Source: Lama guanicoe
Taxonomy: Eukaryota
Length of the DNA: 64,000 nucleotides
Direction of reading: 5' to 3'
NCBI GenBank assembly: GCA_013239625.1
Contig: MU055269.1
Coordinates: 3,659,225-3,723,224, forward strand
Shown: one piece after another, positions 50,831 to 63,759 of the stretch
Layout: the number at the start of each line of letters is the position of its first letter
Position numbering within the stretch: the stretch's first letter is position 1
Made by a program: the position numbers and the translations under genes
Notes under the pieces: model-generated
What the model was told of the DNA's origin: nothing
Seen by the model: only the letters and a program-made list of their open reading frames with translations
Databases searched by the model: none

Positions 50831-52289
50831 GCCCATTCCCCAAAAAGGGGGGAAATGTATCACCTTATTTTGAAGAGGAGCCAAGAAATGAAAATTCATG
50901 AAAATTATAAATACCTAGAAGAAAACTACTCATTTGGAAAATATTAGCAAAGAAAGTAATTAGACATCTATATTTGCAACAGTATCCAATTCCTTCCTCA
51001 CTTACACGTTCACAGCGAGCACTGACAGCACTCGTCCTCGGTGCCGGGTCTTGTCCACACTGAGGACAAAGAAGCAAAAGTAAAAACAACCCTGCACAAG
51101 GGTTCACTGTCTGCAAAGACAGAGAAGCAAGTAAATGCATGGGCAAACTTCCCATTCCTTCAAAGAAATAAAGTTTCAGCTACATTCACCACAAGGGTTT
51201 TCCACTAATAACATACCAGTCAGTATTTGCCAATATGTTACTATCGTCAAGAAAGTGGGTTAAGCTACACCTACAAGGCTGTTTTGGTAGCAGTATTTTA
51301 TAATACTGAAAAACTGGAGAAAACTTGGGTGTCAAATAATAGAGTTTCAGCTTAAGTTTGGTACTGACCACAGATGGAGTTCTGTGTGATCATTTAGAAA
51401 GATGTTGGCGCCTGGAGAGCTCTGAGAATGTTCATTCCCTGTTAAATCCAGTGAAAATCCAGTAAAAATTATGATGCTATTTTTGTGTATAAACTCACAA
51501 AAATACATATCTGCATTTAAAAGGGTCAAAATGTTTTGGTACCAAAATAGGTCCTGGATAGTAACAGTGACAAAGTCTGAATGGTGGAGGTGCAGCTACA
51601 GGGATTTCTGACTCTCCCCTGTGCATTTTTCACGGGTTTACTGGTTTCCCACAATGAGCAGGTACTACGCCTCCCAAACATTTCATAAACGTTTGCTCAT
51701 TTTGTAAAACAGAAGCTACACAAAAATTCAAATGTGTCAACCAGCGATGAATTTAATGTTATTTAGAAATAACATTACTGCCTCGGCAGCTACAAATATC
51801 CATTCTCCTGGGCAAGTCCCCCCCCCCAAACCATATTCTGCTCCGCCTGCTCGGCTCCTCTGCTGACAGATGGAGCTGTCCAAAACGCAGACAGCCTCCC
51901 ACCCTCAAGCCATCACTTCCAGTGGGAGAGGCGGCCTTTCAGGGATAGGTGGCCAGGCCTCTCTAGCTCTGACACTCAATGAGTGTTTCTGTGGAGGAAA
52001 ACACCTTCTCTCCAAGGTCTCGGTGTTCAGGCTGGAGAGGAACATCTCCTTGTAAATGCAAATGAGGGATGTCAGTAATCCGATGCATCACACATGCCTC
52101 TGGCAACGCTGGCCCCCAAGAGCAGGCTCTCCTGGTGGCCAGCCGAGCGTCTCCAGACCCCCCAGCTGGCCTTCCTCAGGGCTCGGGACCGCGCCCAAGT
52201 GGAGAGCCCCTCGTCTGCCCCTCTACCCCAGGGCTGCTTTGCAGTGTGGTAATGGGGATAGGAGGGGGCGCCACTGTGTGTGTGTGTGA

Positions 52290-53960
52290 GCGCGAGTGTG
52301 AGCGCGTGTGCCTGTCGCATCGGTGGGCGCGGTGCGCAGAGCGGGGCCCGCGACTCGTGCGCCCCCGAGAGTCCGCTCCGAGTGGACATGGCCCTGGGCT
52401 CCGGCTCCCAGCCGGGCAGCCGCGCCCAGGGGTCCGCTCGTCCTGGGGACCCGCGGCCGGCGCGAGGGGGCGCCGCGCTACCGCAGCCTGGCGGATCCCC
52501 AGGGCCGGGCGGGCCGGGGGCGGCGCGCGGGGCGGTGCCGGACTCCGCGGGCTTCGGGCCCCGGAGACGCCGCGCTCCGCCCCGAGGAGGACGCCAGCAG
52601 GGCGAGCGGAGCGGCAGCCCGCGGAGTCCAGCCCCGAGGTAAAGTTGGGCGCACGATGGGGCCGGGGGTTTATACGGGAGGGTCCCGGGGCTGGAGTGGG
52701 CACCGGGGGCGCGGGGTTCTATACTGGAGGATCCCGATGCAGGAGCGGGGCGCGACGGGCGCGGGGTCTACACGGAGAGTTCCGGGCAGGAGCAGGGACA
52801 GAGGACGCAGTAGAATCTACACCCGAGGGTCCTGAGGCCAGAGAGGCGACAAGGGGTGAGGCGGGAAAGACGTCTACGCTGGAGTCTTTCGGGGCCGAAG
52901 TGGGGACAGAGGGCAGGGAGTCTACATTGTAAGGTCCCGATGGAGGAGACGGGCGGGAAGGGCGTGGGGGTCTACACTCGAGCCTCAGGGGCGGCAGCAG
53001 GGCCAAGGGGAGCAGGCACCTGTCCCGAAGCGGCGATAATGCGGCGCACGCAGTCTCCACTGGGTTGCGCGAAGGGCTGGGGGCAAAGAAAATTCCGGGA
53101 GGGACGTTTGAAGCGCCCCTCCCCCCTCCGCCCCTGGAGCCGGGGCAGGGCTGAGCTGGGCGCCGCCCCCAGTCCCCCGCAAGGCTCGGAGTCCTCAGCG
53201 CACGGGCGCCCCGCCGGACGGGCGCGCGGGTTCCCGCCGCTTCGTGCGCTTTCATGGAGGTCAGGGCGGCTGCGGCCGGAGCCTGGTTCCCGCTTCCGCC
53301 CCGTCTGCCCGCGTCTGATCTGCCGGAGCACAGGTGAGAAGAAGGACAGGTGGGCAAAGCGGCGTCCGAGACCCAGGGGGGTGACCTGGGTGGGAGATTA
53401 GGGTGGGGGCACCCGAGCAGGGTGGCCGGGGATCTCCCCGGCGCCCGCTCTGGCTTGGTTGGTGGAGCACCCGGTCCCTCCAAGGGGGGGCGGGACGTGG
53501 GCGAGCCCGCAGCCCGTGGGTGCCCTTTCCTCGCCCCTGCCTGTCGCCCCCGCACACACACGGCTGCGCGAACCCGCAGCCCCCCGCGCCGCCCCCCTCC
53601 ACGCACGAACGCCCTCCCAGCTTGTCCTTCTCTGGCCGGGGCGCAGACCTGAACAGGGGAGAGGAAGCCCCACTCCGGCAGCCGGGAATTCTGCAAACTC
53701 GGAGCCCAAGCCCGCCCTGCACCCTCCAGGCCCTAGCTGAGCCCAGGGGGCTCCCAAATTCGCCCACCGAGCCCAGAACGGGCGCTCGGGCTGAGGGCAG
53801 AGAGAGAAGCCCGGGGTCCGAACAGTGGCCGCAGGAATGAGGGGGTACGGCACCGAGGAGTCCGGGGCTTTGGCAGGACGAGCTGGGGTCTCCCTAATGC
53901 TTCCCCAAACCTGCGAGTCCGCGGGGACACTGTGGTGTTCGCACGCCAGGGTGCGTGGTA
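52290..53960 (+). promoter_or_regulatory. CpG island / probable promoter and non-coding first exon(s) of the next gene (KCNG2 by synteny)
   Basis: Very high CpG density and multiple GC boxes. + strand donors GAG|GTAAAG (52638/52639) and CAG|GTGAGA (53333/53334). Gene identity is inferred only from the CTDP1-KCNG2 order in mammals. Confidence 0.75.
52660..52995. repeat. Cryptic ~49-bp minisatellite, 7 diverged copies
   Basis: TAYAC-type cores start at 52671, 52720, 52769, 52818, 52875, 52923 and 52973. Confidence 0.8.
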
Positions 53961-55894
53961 GACCCCCCTCCCAGCCTGCCTCTTTCTGGGAGGTTCCTTT
54001 CCGGTTTCTGGTTTCTTACTCTTCCAGCCAGGCTCTGGTAGAGGGCTGGAACTTCCTTTGTCACCCTTGTCACCTTGTGAAAAAGCACACCCAGAGCTTG
54101 GTTTGGGCTCCCGTCTGCCTGTGCCTCCCTGTCTCCTCCCCCTCCCGCAGCTGCAGAGACAGCTGGTTTACTGAGGTGTGTGCTCCAGGCCAAGGTTTGG
54201 AGCAAGTGGCTGTTGTAAAGGGGTTCTGACTGTTGGTGAATGTGGCAGTGATTCTGAGGAGGCAGCAGTGTCGGGCTGGTTCACCCCTCAGCCCTGCTCA
54301 GGGGCAGCTGTGCTGGGGGGCAGGGGCGGGTCAGTCAGGTGAACCCGAGGTCTTCCTGTCTACAAGCGATGTAAGCACAGACTCCATCTCTGCTAAGAAG
54401 TCCGGGGTGGATCCCACAAACCCAGACGGGGTTCACCAGACCCTCACCCCTTCCCAGTCTTGAGGATTGGGTGGTGTATACAGCCGGCCTCTGAAGGCTT
54501 CACTCCAGCTAAGATGCCCAGTCAACGGGTGGATCGCTCTGGGTTCTCTTAAGCTGAACTGGGGGAGCATCGTGCCACATCTGGGGGTTGAACCCTCTTG
54601 CCCGGGTCCCTGCTGCTTACCAGCCACACACACACTGGGCCTGATTGCACAGCACTGCCAACAGAGACTAGGGGCTGCACCTTCACTGAAGACAGGTTGT
54701 GAGAACAACTCTGGTTCCTTCCGAGGCTGGTGCCAAAGTGTTCTGATCCCTTTCCTCTTACAATTTGTGTATTCCACTTCGCAAAAGTTTTTTTATGCCT
54801 TGAGATTTCCATAATTTAAGGGAAAAAATTGGGCGTTTTTGTAGGCTTGGGAAGAAAAGGGGGGAAGCCAGTGCTTGGCTGGCACCGAGGCCTGAACATG
54901 CCAGATGCCCAGAAAATATGTGCTGGTTGATTCATTGTTTGAGTTGAATTAAGAGTTTCTACCCAGGGTATGGCTGGGAGCTGCATTATCATAATTACAG
55001 GTGTATGCGCCGTGATTAACAGGTCATGTGGAACACACAGTTTGGTAGGAAATGATCAAATGTCGGGGTTTGTCCTGGCAAAAACAGGTGGGGTCTGCGT
55101 CCTGGGAGGCTGGGCAGCCCCTCCTCCTGCCCAGGTACCAGGAGGGCAGGGCGGGTGCAGGGGCATTTGGAGTGGGAGGGGGGCCTGCACCGCTTCTGCA
55201 GCAAGCACGGATGTGGGGGGTGGGAGTGGAGGGTAGCAGGTGGAGCAGGCCAGACCTTGTGGGTGCCAGGGTCAGACCAGCCAGGAGAGGGGCACTGGGG
55301 GACCTGAGAAAGGAGGTCAGTGAGCTCTGCTGGTGAGACAGGTCCGGGGCCCGAGAAGGACAGCCGCGTGTGTCTGAGTATCCGGGTGCCTTTGTCCTGA
55401 TGGACAGCTTCATGAGGAAGAGGGACAGTTTAGGGCTGATCTACGGCACCCCCCAACACCTAAGAGTTGACTGCTGGTTGGACTGAAGAGGTTGTCACTG
55501 GTAGTGACAGCGGCTCACACCCTGGCCCTCCTCCGGACGGCACCCAGGACGGCCTGGAACCTGCAGCATCACCTCCAGGGATGGTCGGGGGTGCAGGCTC
55601 TCAGCCCCCTGTCCCCAGCCTCAGTGGTGATTACTGTGCCCTTTAGGTTACAGGGGTCCACTTGGGTGCTGCAGAAGCTGTGTCCCTTTCACTGTCCAGC
55701 AACTCTCCTGAGAGCTCCAGCAGTTCTTGGCCAGAGCAGAGCGAGAGAGAGAGAGAGAGGGAGAAGTGGGACCCTGCTCGGAGCCTCGGCCATGACCGAG
55801 GGCAGAGGCACATGGGCAAGTATCTTGGCTGCTGATACTTCACATTTTCTGATGCCTCCCCTGTCAGATGAGAAGCTAGGCTGAACCACGTCTG

Positions 55895-55995
55895 CTCTCT
55901 GACTTCCAGAGGAGAAACTTGTGAAAGAGAGTCAGTAGTACATTCTCTCTGACTTCCAGAGGAGAAACTTGTGAAAGAGAGTCAGTAGTACATTC
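55895..55995. repeat. Perfect 50-bp tandem duplication
   Basis: ctctctgacttccagaggagaaacttgtgaaagagagtcagtagtacatt x2. Confidence 0.95.
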
Positions 55996-58269
55996 GCTCA
56001 CAGTGAAGCACCCAGTATTCTAGTTTGGTTGTGTCTTCAGAAAAAGATGAATTGAAATGTCACATATAAACAGTGTAGAAAATCTTCATGTTGCTTTTTA
56101 AATTAGTGAAGCTAAGACAGGGAACTACCCACAGCCAAGGGCAGACGGTCCCCTCGGCACCGCCCCCCCCGCCCTCCCCCCCAGCCCTGGATGGGCCTCT
56201 CTTGATATAGCAGTTGCTCCCAGGGAGCACCTGCCCCCCTGGCCACACCTGCTCTGTCCACACCCTTGGTGCTGCTCGGCCTCCCTCGGACAAGCAGACC
56301 AGCTCCCGCGGCGGCCAGAGCGCTGGGCTGCAGTTCCCAGAATTTAATGACCTTCCCAGATATTTTTAACCTTCTCAGATATTTGAACGATGGGGCTTAA
56401 TTCTTAGATTAGACGTGGGAAGTGCTGGGCACATGACAATCAAGGTCAGAATCATGGGGCCCAGCAGAGCCTCAGGAACGCTCAGGCTGAGGTGAATGTC
56501 GCAGCGGTTTGTACTGAATTCCAGCTTGGAGAGGCACATTTATTTTTGTAAAGGATTAGCCTTTTCTGGTGGGAATGTCTGTGCTGTTGTGTTCCTGACT
56601 CAGTCCTCACTGACCTGTGGCCGCCTGGCCCCAGCAGGGCTTGGGGACGGGTGGGTGGACAGGAGGGTCTGCCTGCAGCTGGTGTGGCTTCCGGGGGCCT
56701 CTGTGCCCCCCGCCCTCCCAGCACCAGTGGACGCCTGCATCCGGGTTCAGTCTGGCAGTTGGGGTGGGGCCTGGGGTTCGGAGTCTCAGCACAAGTCCTG
56801 GTGTCTCATCACTGGGAAGGTGGAAACACGGGTTTGTGGGCTGTGACTGGCATCTTTGCAGCAGGAATAGAACAGAAAGTATTAGCGTTTCACACATTAC
56901 GGGTGTAGCTCCGTGTGTTCACGCTACAGGTGTAGTTCTGTGTGTTCTGGGTAGTGGCGTAAAACGGGTTCAATGATGGGAAGGCCCTGCCCAGACTGTT
57001 CCTAGAGTCCAGATCTCTTCTCTGAATTCAGCTTAGCTGAGAAACCAAGTGGCAGGGCTCAGAACAGAGCCCAGGGCACGACGGCACCCAGGGCGGGCGG
57101 CAGGGGTGGGAGGGTCTCGGCCTGTCTGAGCTGCGCTGGCTCAGGCCCCTGCCCCTTGCTAAGTGGGCACTTGGTGGGCTCCCGCATCCCAGGTCAGTTT
57201 GGAGCTCCAGGAGCCTCCGCCGTCCCCTCCGAGCAGAGTCACCGTGTGCACCGTCTGAGCTGCCCGGCCACTGGCCCTGTGGACTTCTGTCATCTTCCTG
57301 AACAAACCCCTGTCTGGAAGCAGCCAGGAGGCGGGTTCTCTTCCTGTCCTTTCTTTTTTGGAGGTCGAGGAGGCGTGTAGATTAACATGGGAAAAAGTGC
57401 ACGACAAGTTCTACATCCGTATATTTTATTTAACATCATAGCAATTAGTGCAATGGAGTGAGATGCTTCAGTGAAATAAAATGCATTAAAAATGAATGCT
57501 GGTTATGCATATTAGCTGTTTAGTCACAGGAAGGGGACAGTCTTCCTTCTCGGCCTCTGTGACATATGACTGTGATGCTGTGATGTTATAAGGCCCCTGT
57601 CTTACATGTCTCCTTTCTGGAGCATTTAGCTGGTTCACAGTTACTTCAAGAAAATGACAGTTTCTGACTGTGAACAAATTTCCTTGATTTTTTTTTCAGC
57701 AAAAGTAAAAACAGACATCTTGTAAATAAGGAAAGATGGGAGACGTGTATCATCAGGCTCTTTACTACCCATCAGACTAGAAACAGAGGAATTCTAGAGC
57801 CAGGAGAGCGCAGAGGTGTGCTGGGCAGCACTCATGATGAACAGGGTGGATTTTGGTCCCCTACCATCGTGACAAGTTGTTTTAAGAAGAAACCTACGGG
57901 AGTCGGGGGGAAGTCTTGTTGAGTAAGAGGCTTCCGAGGGGCTTGTCAACAGCGGGGAGCCCTGGGCTCCAGCAGGCCTGCGGGGCTGACAGACCTGAGC
58001 CCCAGCCCTGGTCTCCGGCGAGGGGGCCTGGACCCCAGCCAGGCTGTGGTTAGGAGGGAGAGCCACACAGCGGGCCTCCCAGGGCCTGAGGCCGGGCTAG
58101 CAGAATCAGGAGCTGGGCCTTCTGGGCTGACACCCTTTCACATGAAGAGAACGTTTCACACCAAAGGGAACGTGACTTTAAGAAGCCAGTGCCCACCCCG
58201 AGGAACACGCGGAAAGGTAACTTGTTACGTTTCCAGACACAACAAAAGCAATTAAAAATACTGGCCACT

Positions 58270-58860
58270 GCCTTTCCTTTGTTATAAAAGAAGTACCTTT
58301 TTATCATCGAAGACTTGGAAACAGAGTAAAGAGAAGCATAAGCTGGAGAAAAGTCTGTGTGCGCCCCCGTGATTACACCTCCGGGGGCGCCGGCTCTAAC
58401 TTTACCAGCACTGCTCCCTCCTGGGTCCGAATTTACCTACAGAGCCACACCGCTTCACGCATACGCATGCTCCCACGGAAACATCTGGGTTGCTGTGCGT
58501 CCGCACCTTCACTTGTTATATCAAATATTTGTGCGTATGGATTTGTCAGACTCTCTGTTTCCTTCTATTGCTGGCCATGTGGGCTATTTCTAATTTTTCA
58601 GTATTCTAAATACTGTTATAAATGCATCTTTATGGATAAGTCTTCAGAAAACTTTGCATTTGGTCCAAACGCAGGAGCTCTGAAGGCTTTTGATTCGGAC
58701 GTGACGCTGGATGGTTTATCAGGAAAGTCAGGAAAGTCGAGCTGGGGCTCCCGCCGTGCCCTTTCTCTCAGCACATCTTGAATCAATGCTTTAATCTCTT
58801 TTTATGTTTCCAAAGTCAGTGTTTTTCTGTTGGACGGTACCACATGGTCGTGGTAAACAC
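58270..58860 (-). mobile_element. L1ME-like 3' fragment, antisense
   Basis: ccttctattgctggccatgtgggctatttctaatttttcagtattctaaatactg is typical of an antisense L1ME 3' region. Confidence 0.5.
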
Positions 58861-59304
58861 GTGTAGGAGAGAGGGTGTGCACTGCCGTCGGGCGGGGTCC
58901 TCCTGGTCACGCGTGTCCCCGTGCCAGGAGACCCCGGTCTCCGAGAACATTGCAGCTTCTGTTGTCCTGTTTGTCTCCCAGGAAGGTTGAGCTTGTCCTC
59001 TGTGTCTCATGATGACCTCGTCTGTCCTGTTTTTGGACAGTGCTCCTCCCTGGGCCACTGTTTGCCTCCACAGTGCTGTCTGGATTTGCCTCCAGCCCTG
59101 CAGCACGGCGCCTGGCCGGGTAAGCCCCAGCTCTGGGTCACCCATCGGGGCCGGGACGGCAGACCCGTGTCGGGGCTCTAGGGCCAGGCGGGCCTGAGGT
59201 CAGCAGACGCTCCCGAGTCTTACAGCGAGCAGGATTCCATGCTCAGCAGCCCAAAATATATCTCACCATCTAGAACCCCGAGTCTAGCTGACGGGAGGAG
59301 GAGG

Positions 59305-59465
59305 CATATACAGACATGCATGGACAGCTGCACCTCCACATGAGTGCACACGCACACACCCACCCAGACACACCCACGTGTACACACCTACACACATGCA
59401 CCTCCACACACACGTGCGCGCACACACATGCACACCTACTAGACACACCTACACACACACGCATC
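59305..59465. repeat. Degenerate (CA)n tract
   Basis: cacacgcacacacccacccagacacacccacgtgtacacacctacacacatgca... Confidence 0.85.
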
Positions 59466-59629
59466 CGTTTCACTTCATCTTCATATAATCAGACGTGAAC
59501 AGCCAGAGTTCCAAAAACAAATGGTTGTGCACTGGTCTCGGGGACACTTCCTCTCTGGGTCCGTTCCCCAACTTATTAACACACACCTGCCCGACTGCAG
59601 GGCCCGGCCCTGGGGTAACGGGGAGAGCT

Positions 59630-60950
59630 TCCAGTGATGTGGCTGCGTGTCTGCTCTGTTGGTTCGGTGAGTTAGACTGACTGACTTTCGGACGTGGAAC
59701 CAGACTTGCATACCTGGACTAAATCTCACCTGACCCAGCAACTTTACACATCACTACATGCTAATATTTTGTTTAGGATTTTGTGTCTAAGCTCATGAAA
59801 GTTATTGATCTATAGTTTTCTTTTTCCTCTTTTTTTTTTTTTGTGCTTGGTCTAGTGTGGTCTTCAGGTAATACTAACCTCAAAGTGATTTACAAAGTGT
59901 TCCCTCATTTTTGTTGAATGGTTGGTAGGATTAATTCTTTTTTTTTTTTGAATATTTGGTAGAATTTTCCAGTGAAACCATCTGGACCTGGAGATTTCTT
60001 TTTTAGGAGTTCTTAAAGAATTAATTCAGTTTTGTAAGTTACTTTGTTGCTATGACGTCATATAGAGACCCTTCCTCTTTTCTAATGTAAGCATTTAGTG
60101 CTATAAATTTTCCTCAGCAGTGCTTTGGCTGCATCCCACATGTTTTGATCTGTTGTGTTTTCAATTCTTTCAGTTCTCTGTGTATTAAAATTTCCTTTGA
60201 GTCTTCCTCTATGACGTGATTCTGTGTGTGTTACCTGATTTCCAAGCATTTAGAGATTTTCTTGTTTTCTTGCTCTGCTTCTTGAATCTGTAGGTTTATA
60301 TTTTTTGCCGAATTTGAGAGGTTTTCAGACCTTCTTAATCCAAATACTTTTTCAGCCACATTCCCTTTCTTCTCTCCTCCTGAGACTTGATGATATGAAT
60401 GTTGATATTTTTGTTGCTGTCACATAGCCCCTATGACTCTCTTCATTTTTTTCCAATCTTTTTTTCTCTGTTTTGAGTAATCTCAAGTTCACTGATTTTA
60501 TCCTCTGCTATCTCCTCTCTATCTTTGACCCCATGCACTAAGTTTTAAATTCAATTACTGTATTTCTCATTTTCATATTTTCATTTGTGTATTCTTTTAA
60601 TAACTTACATTTCTTTGCTGAAATTTTTTCTTCTTTTTTTTTTTCGTTTCAGGAAACCCATAGTCATTTGGTGAAGCACTTTTATGAAGGGTCCTTTGGA
60701 GGAGTAGTCAGATAGCACCGACATCTGGTTTGTCTCAGTGTCTGCGGATGGTCGTTTTTCAGTCAGGTTTTGATTTTCCTGGCTCTTGGTAAAGCGAGTG
60801 ATTGTTATTGTTATTATTTTGTATGAGGGACATTTTTGGACATTCATTCTTTTGCATGTTGAATCCAGCTGTTTCAGCTCCATTAGTTTAACACACTATT
60901 CTTTCCCCATCAGATGGTCTTGGCTCCCCTGTTGAAAGTCAGCTCATCTG
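59630..60950 (-). mobile_element. Fragmented L1M element(s), antisense
   Basis: Minus-strand translation QVRFSPGMQVWFHVRKSVSLTHRTNR resembles L1 ORF2 [26 protein letters not shown]. The + strand is T-rich. Confidence 0.8.
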
Positions 60951-61054
60951 TGCGTTTCATGTTCTGGGTGTATGAACAATGCTTTCCTCATGATCCCTGT
61001 TCTGAAAAACTCGTCAGTGTTAAGATCTAAGCAACTGCATGGTTTTGGAAGCAT

Positions 61055-62270
61055 TATTTCATTGCAGTAAACTATACATAACATAAAATTTCCCATTCTA
61101 ACCATTCTTAAGTGTACAGTTTAGTGACATCAGATACATTTGAATTGTGCAACCATCGCCATCCTCTGTCTCCAGAACTTCTTCATCTTCCCCAGTTGAA
61201 ACTCTGTCCCCGTTAAACACTGACTCCCCACACCCTCCCCCAGCCCCTGGCCCCCACCGTCCTACTTTCTGTCTCTGAATTTCACTCCTCTGGGACCTCA
61301 CACAGCATTTTCCTTTTGTGACTGGCTTCTATCACTCCACATGCGTTTCTGGTGTGGTTGCTGAGTTGTGGGAGTTCTCTATGTATCCTGGATACTGATC
61401 CTCAATCAGATACATGGTTGGAGAATATTTTCTCCCTGTGATCTGATCTGTGTGCTGCCTTTCCACTCCACTGATTGCGTTCTTTGGTGAACAGAATTAT
61501 TTAGTGCTGATGAAATTCAGTTAATCTACTTTTTGTTTTGTTACTTGTGCTTTTGGTGCCATAGCCAAGAAATCATTACCAATTTCAATGTCATGAAGCT
61601 TCTGTCCTGTTTTCTTCTAAGAGTTTACGGTTTTAGCACTTATATTTAGGTCTTCGATCCATATTAATTGTTTTTACATGGTGTAAGATGAGGGTACAGC
61701 TGTTTTCTGTTGTTTGTTTTTTGGGGTTTTTTTGGTATGTGGATACCCAGTTTTCCCAAGACCATCTGTTGAAAAAGCAGCCTTCCACACTGAGCGGTCC
61801 TGGCATCCGTTTAACCATGTAGCTGAGGGGTGCTTTCCTGGACTCTTGATTCTCTCCCATNNNNNNNNNNNNNNNNNNNNNNNNNNNNNNNNNNNNNNNN
61901 NNNNNNNNNNNNNNNNNNNNNNNNNNNNNNNNNNNNNNNNNNNNNNNNNNNNNNNNNNNNNNNNNNNNNNNNNNNNNNNNNNNNNNNNNNNNNCCCCGAG
62001 TTTCCGGATAAACTTTAGGATGGATTTTTCTATTTCTGCACAAAATGTTGGGATTTTCATCGAGACTGAACCTGCAAGAGGACATGATTGGTGTAGACTT
62101 CGTAGTAATTCTGTCTTCCCGTCCATGGACGTGGGGACAATTCTAATTCTGTGTGCCTTCATTTGTTTCTTTCAAGCAACCGTTGTGGTTCTCAGAGATG
62201 GGCCTGACTCCCCTTGAGTGGGTGATTCCTACGTGTTTTGTTCCCTTTAATGCTCATCTTCCATTTACAA
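61055..62270 (-). mobile_element. L1MB-like element (3' UTR plus ORF2 C-terminal remnants), antisense, interrupted by the gap
   Basis: Minus-strand peptides AEIEKSILKFI and FFNRWSWENW resemble L1 ORF2. 61070-61330 matches an L1MB-type 3' end. Confidence 0.82.
61861..61993. other. Assembly gap (133 N)
   Basis: Run of N. Confidence 1.
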
Positions 62271-63759
62271 TGGCCCGGGCCTTGATGCAGCCCAGCGTGT
62301 AAAGCAGGGGCCACACCAGCAGCCCTTTCAGGCACTGTCCCCTTTCCTGCTCCCACACCCTCCCCCTTCCCGGGGTCCTGCTGCCGAGCCTCCCTCCCAC
62401 TGCTCTGCCTGGAGGGCCTCTGGGCGCTAACTGTGGGTGGAGCCCCTCTGCCTCTGGTCCAGCTGTGGCCCCGTGAGCCCTGTCCGGTGAAGGTCAGTGA
62501 CTGGGATCTCTCCTGCTGCTGGTGCCCCTGCACCCGTGGGACTGACTCCTGGAGGAGAAGAGGCAGCTGACACGGATGTTCCTGGGAAGGGCTCTGCCTT
62601 GGCTGACAGGAGGCCCCTTGACGAGGGGCAGGGGCAGCAGGTCACCCCCTGCCGCAGGGTCCTCATGACTTTGCAGGAGCAGGCTTTCAGGTTTTACTTA
62701 TTTTGACCTGTGTTTATCTGTAGCAGCTGTAGATAAAGGAGAAGAGGAAAAAAGACTTCATATTGCTGACAGGAAACAGCATTTCTTCTAAAAATATTTT
62801 TTCCTGAAGCCTGAAGTCACAGCAGCCCCCACACGAATTACTTGGAGGCTGTGTGCAGGCATCTCCTCGGGGCCCTAATTACAAGATGGAGTGTGCTTTC
62901 GGCAGCGACTAAGTGCAGCACCTCGGGGAGACGTGCGATGCTGCCCCAGCTCTGTGTGTTCAAGGCCCAGCCCACCTGCCAGAGCCTCTGGCCCCAAGAC
63001 AGAGCAACTTCCCGGAAGAAGCATCTGGAAGCCGCTTTCAGGGTGGGGCGCTCCCACCTCACAGAGGAGGGCCTCTGCAGCCCTGCCTTGCAGAACAGCC
63101 CCAGACGGCTGCGAAGTGGTCCGGCCGGGCTGCTGGAATCACCGATGACTCACAGGCCAGCCCCTCAGACCCAGGGCCCAGCCCGGCGCCTGGCCGGGGA
63201 GTGTGTCGGGTGAGAAAGTCAGGTGCCTGCAAACGCTCAAGCGATGAAAGACGCAAAATGAGAAGAGCAGAGAAGTCACTGCGACGGCCGAGGAGGGCGT
63301 GGGGATGAGATCCCCTTGGTCCTGTGTGACCAGCGAGGGGCCATTCCACGGGCCGCCAGTGCCAGCCATGGGAGCAGCCTGCAGAGGGTGATGGGGAGAT
63401 GACCCCAGCACCCCGCCAGCCGATGGCTGCAGGGGCAGCTATTTCGCCAGCACCTGGCTCTCCAGGCATCTCCCCAGGGCAGGGCACTCGACCTCACTCT
63501 CCTGGGAGTCTTCCAGATGGCCGTTCAGGTGCAGCTGGGGCTCCAGTCACAGCACTGGGAGCTGACAGGGAGGGCTCCTCCGAGCAGCCCCCCGTGCCCT
63601 CACTGTCCACACCGGGTGCTGCACTGGGCACTCAGTCTACATGGGCATCTGCTCTGCTTGGGCTGCATCACAGGAGTCTCTGCGTGAGCTGCACTTTACA
63701 GATGGGCTCAGAGCTCAGCCCCGGCCAGAGCTTGAGGCCAGAGCTAGAGGCTGTCCACC

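Noticed and set aside
52660-52995. CRISPR array interpretation of the periodic repeat
   Set aside because: Mammalian DNA with no cas genes; cores are short and non-identical, and the linkers are homologous to one another.
52069-53853. Overlapping 150-325-aa ORFs on both strands of the CpG island
   Set aside because: Typical CpG-island artefacts; none resembles the Kv6.2 T1 domain or any protein I recognise.
61633-62217. ORFs spanning 61.6-62.2 kb
   Set aside because: Inflated by read-through of the N gap; the flanks are decayed L1 ORF2.
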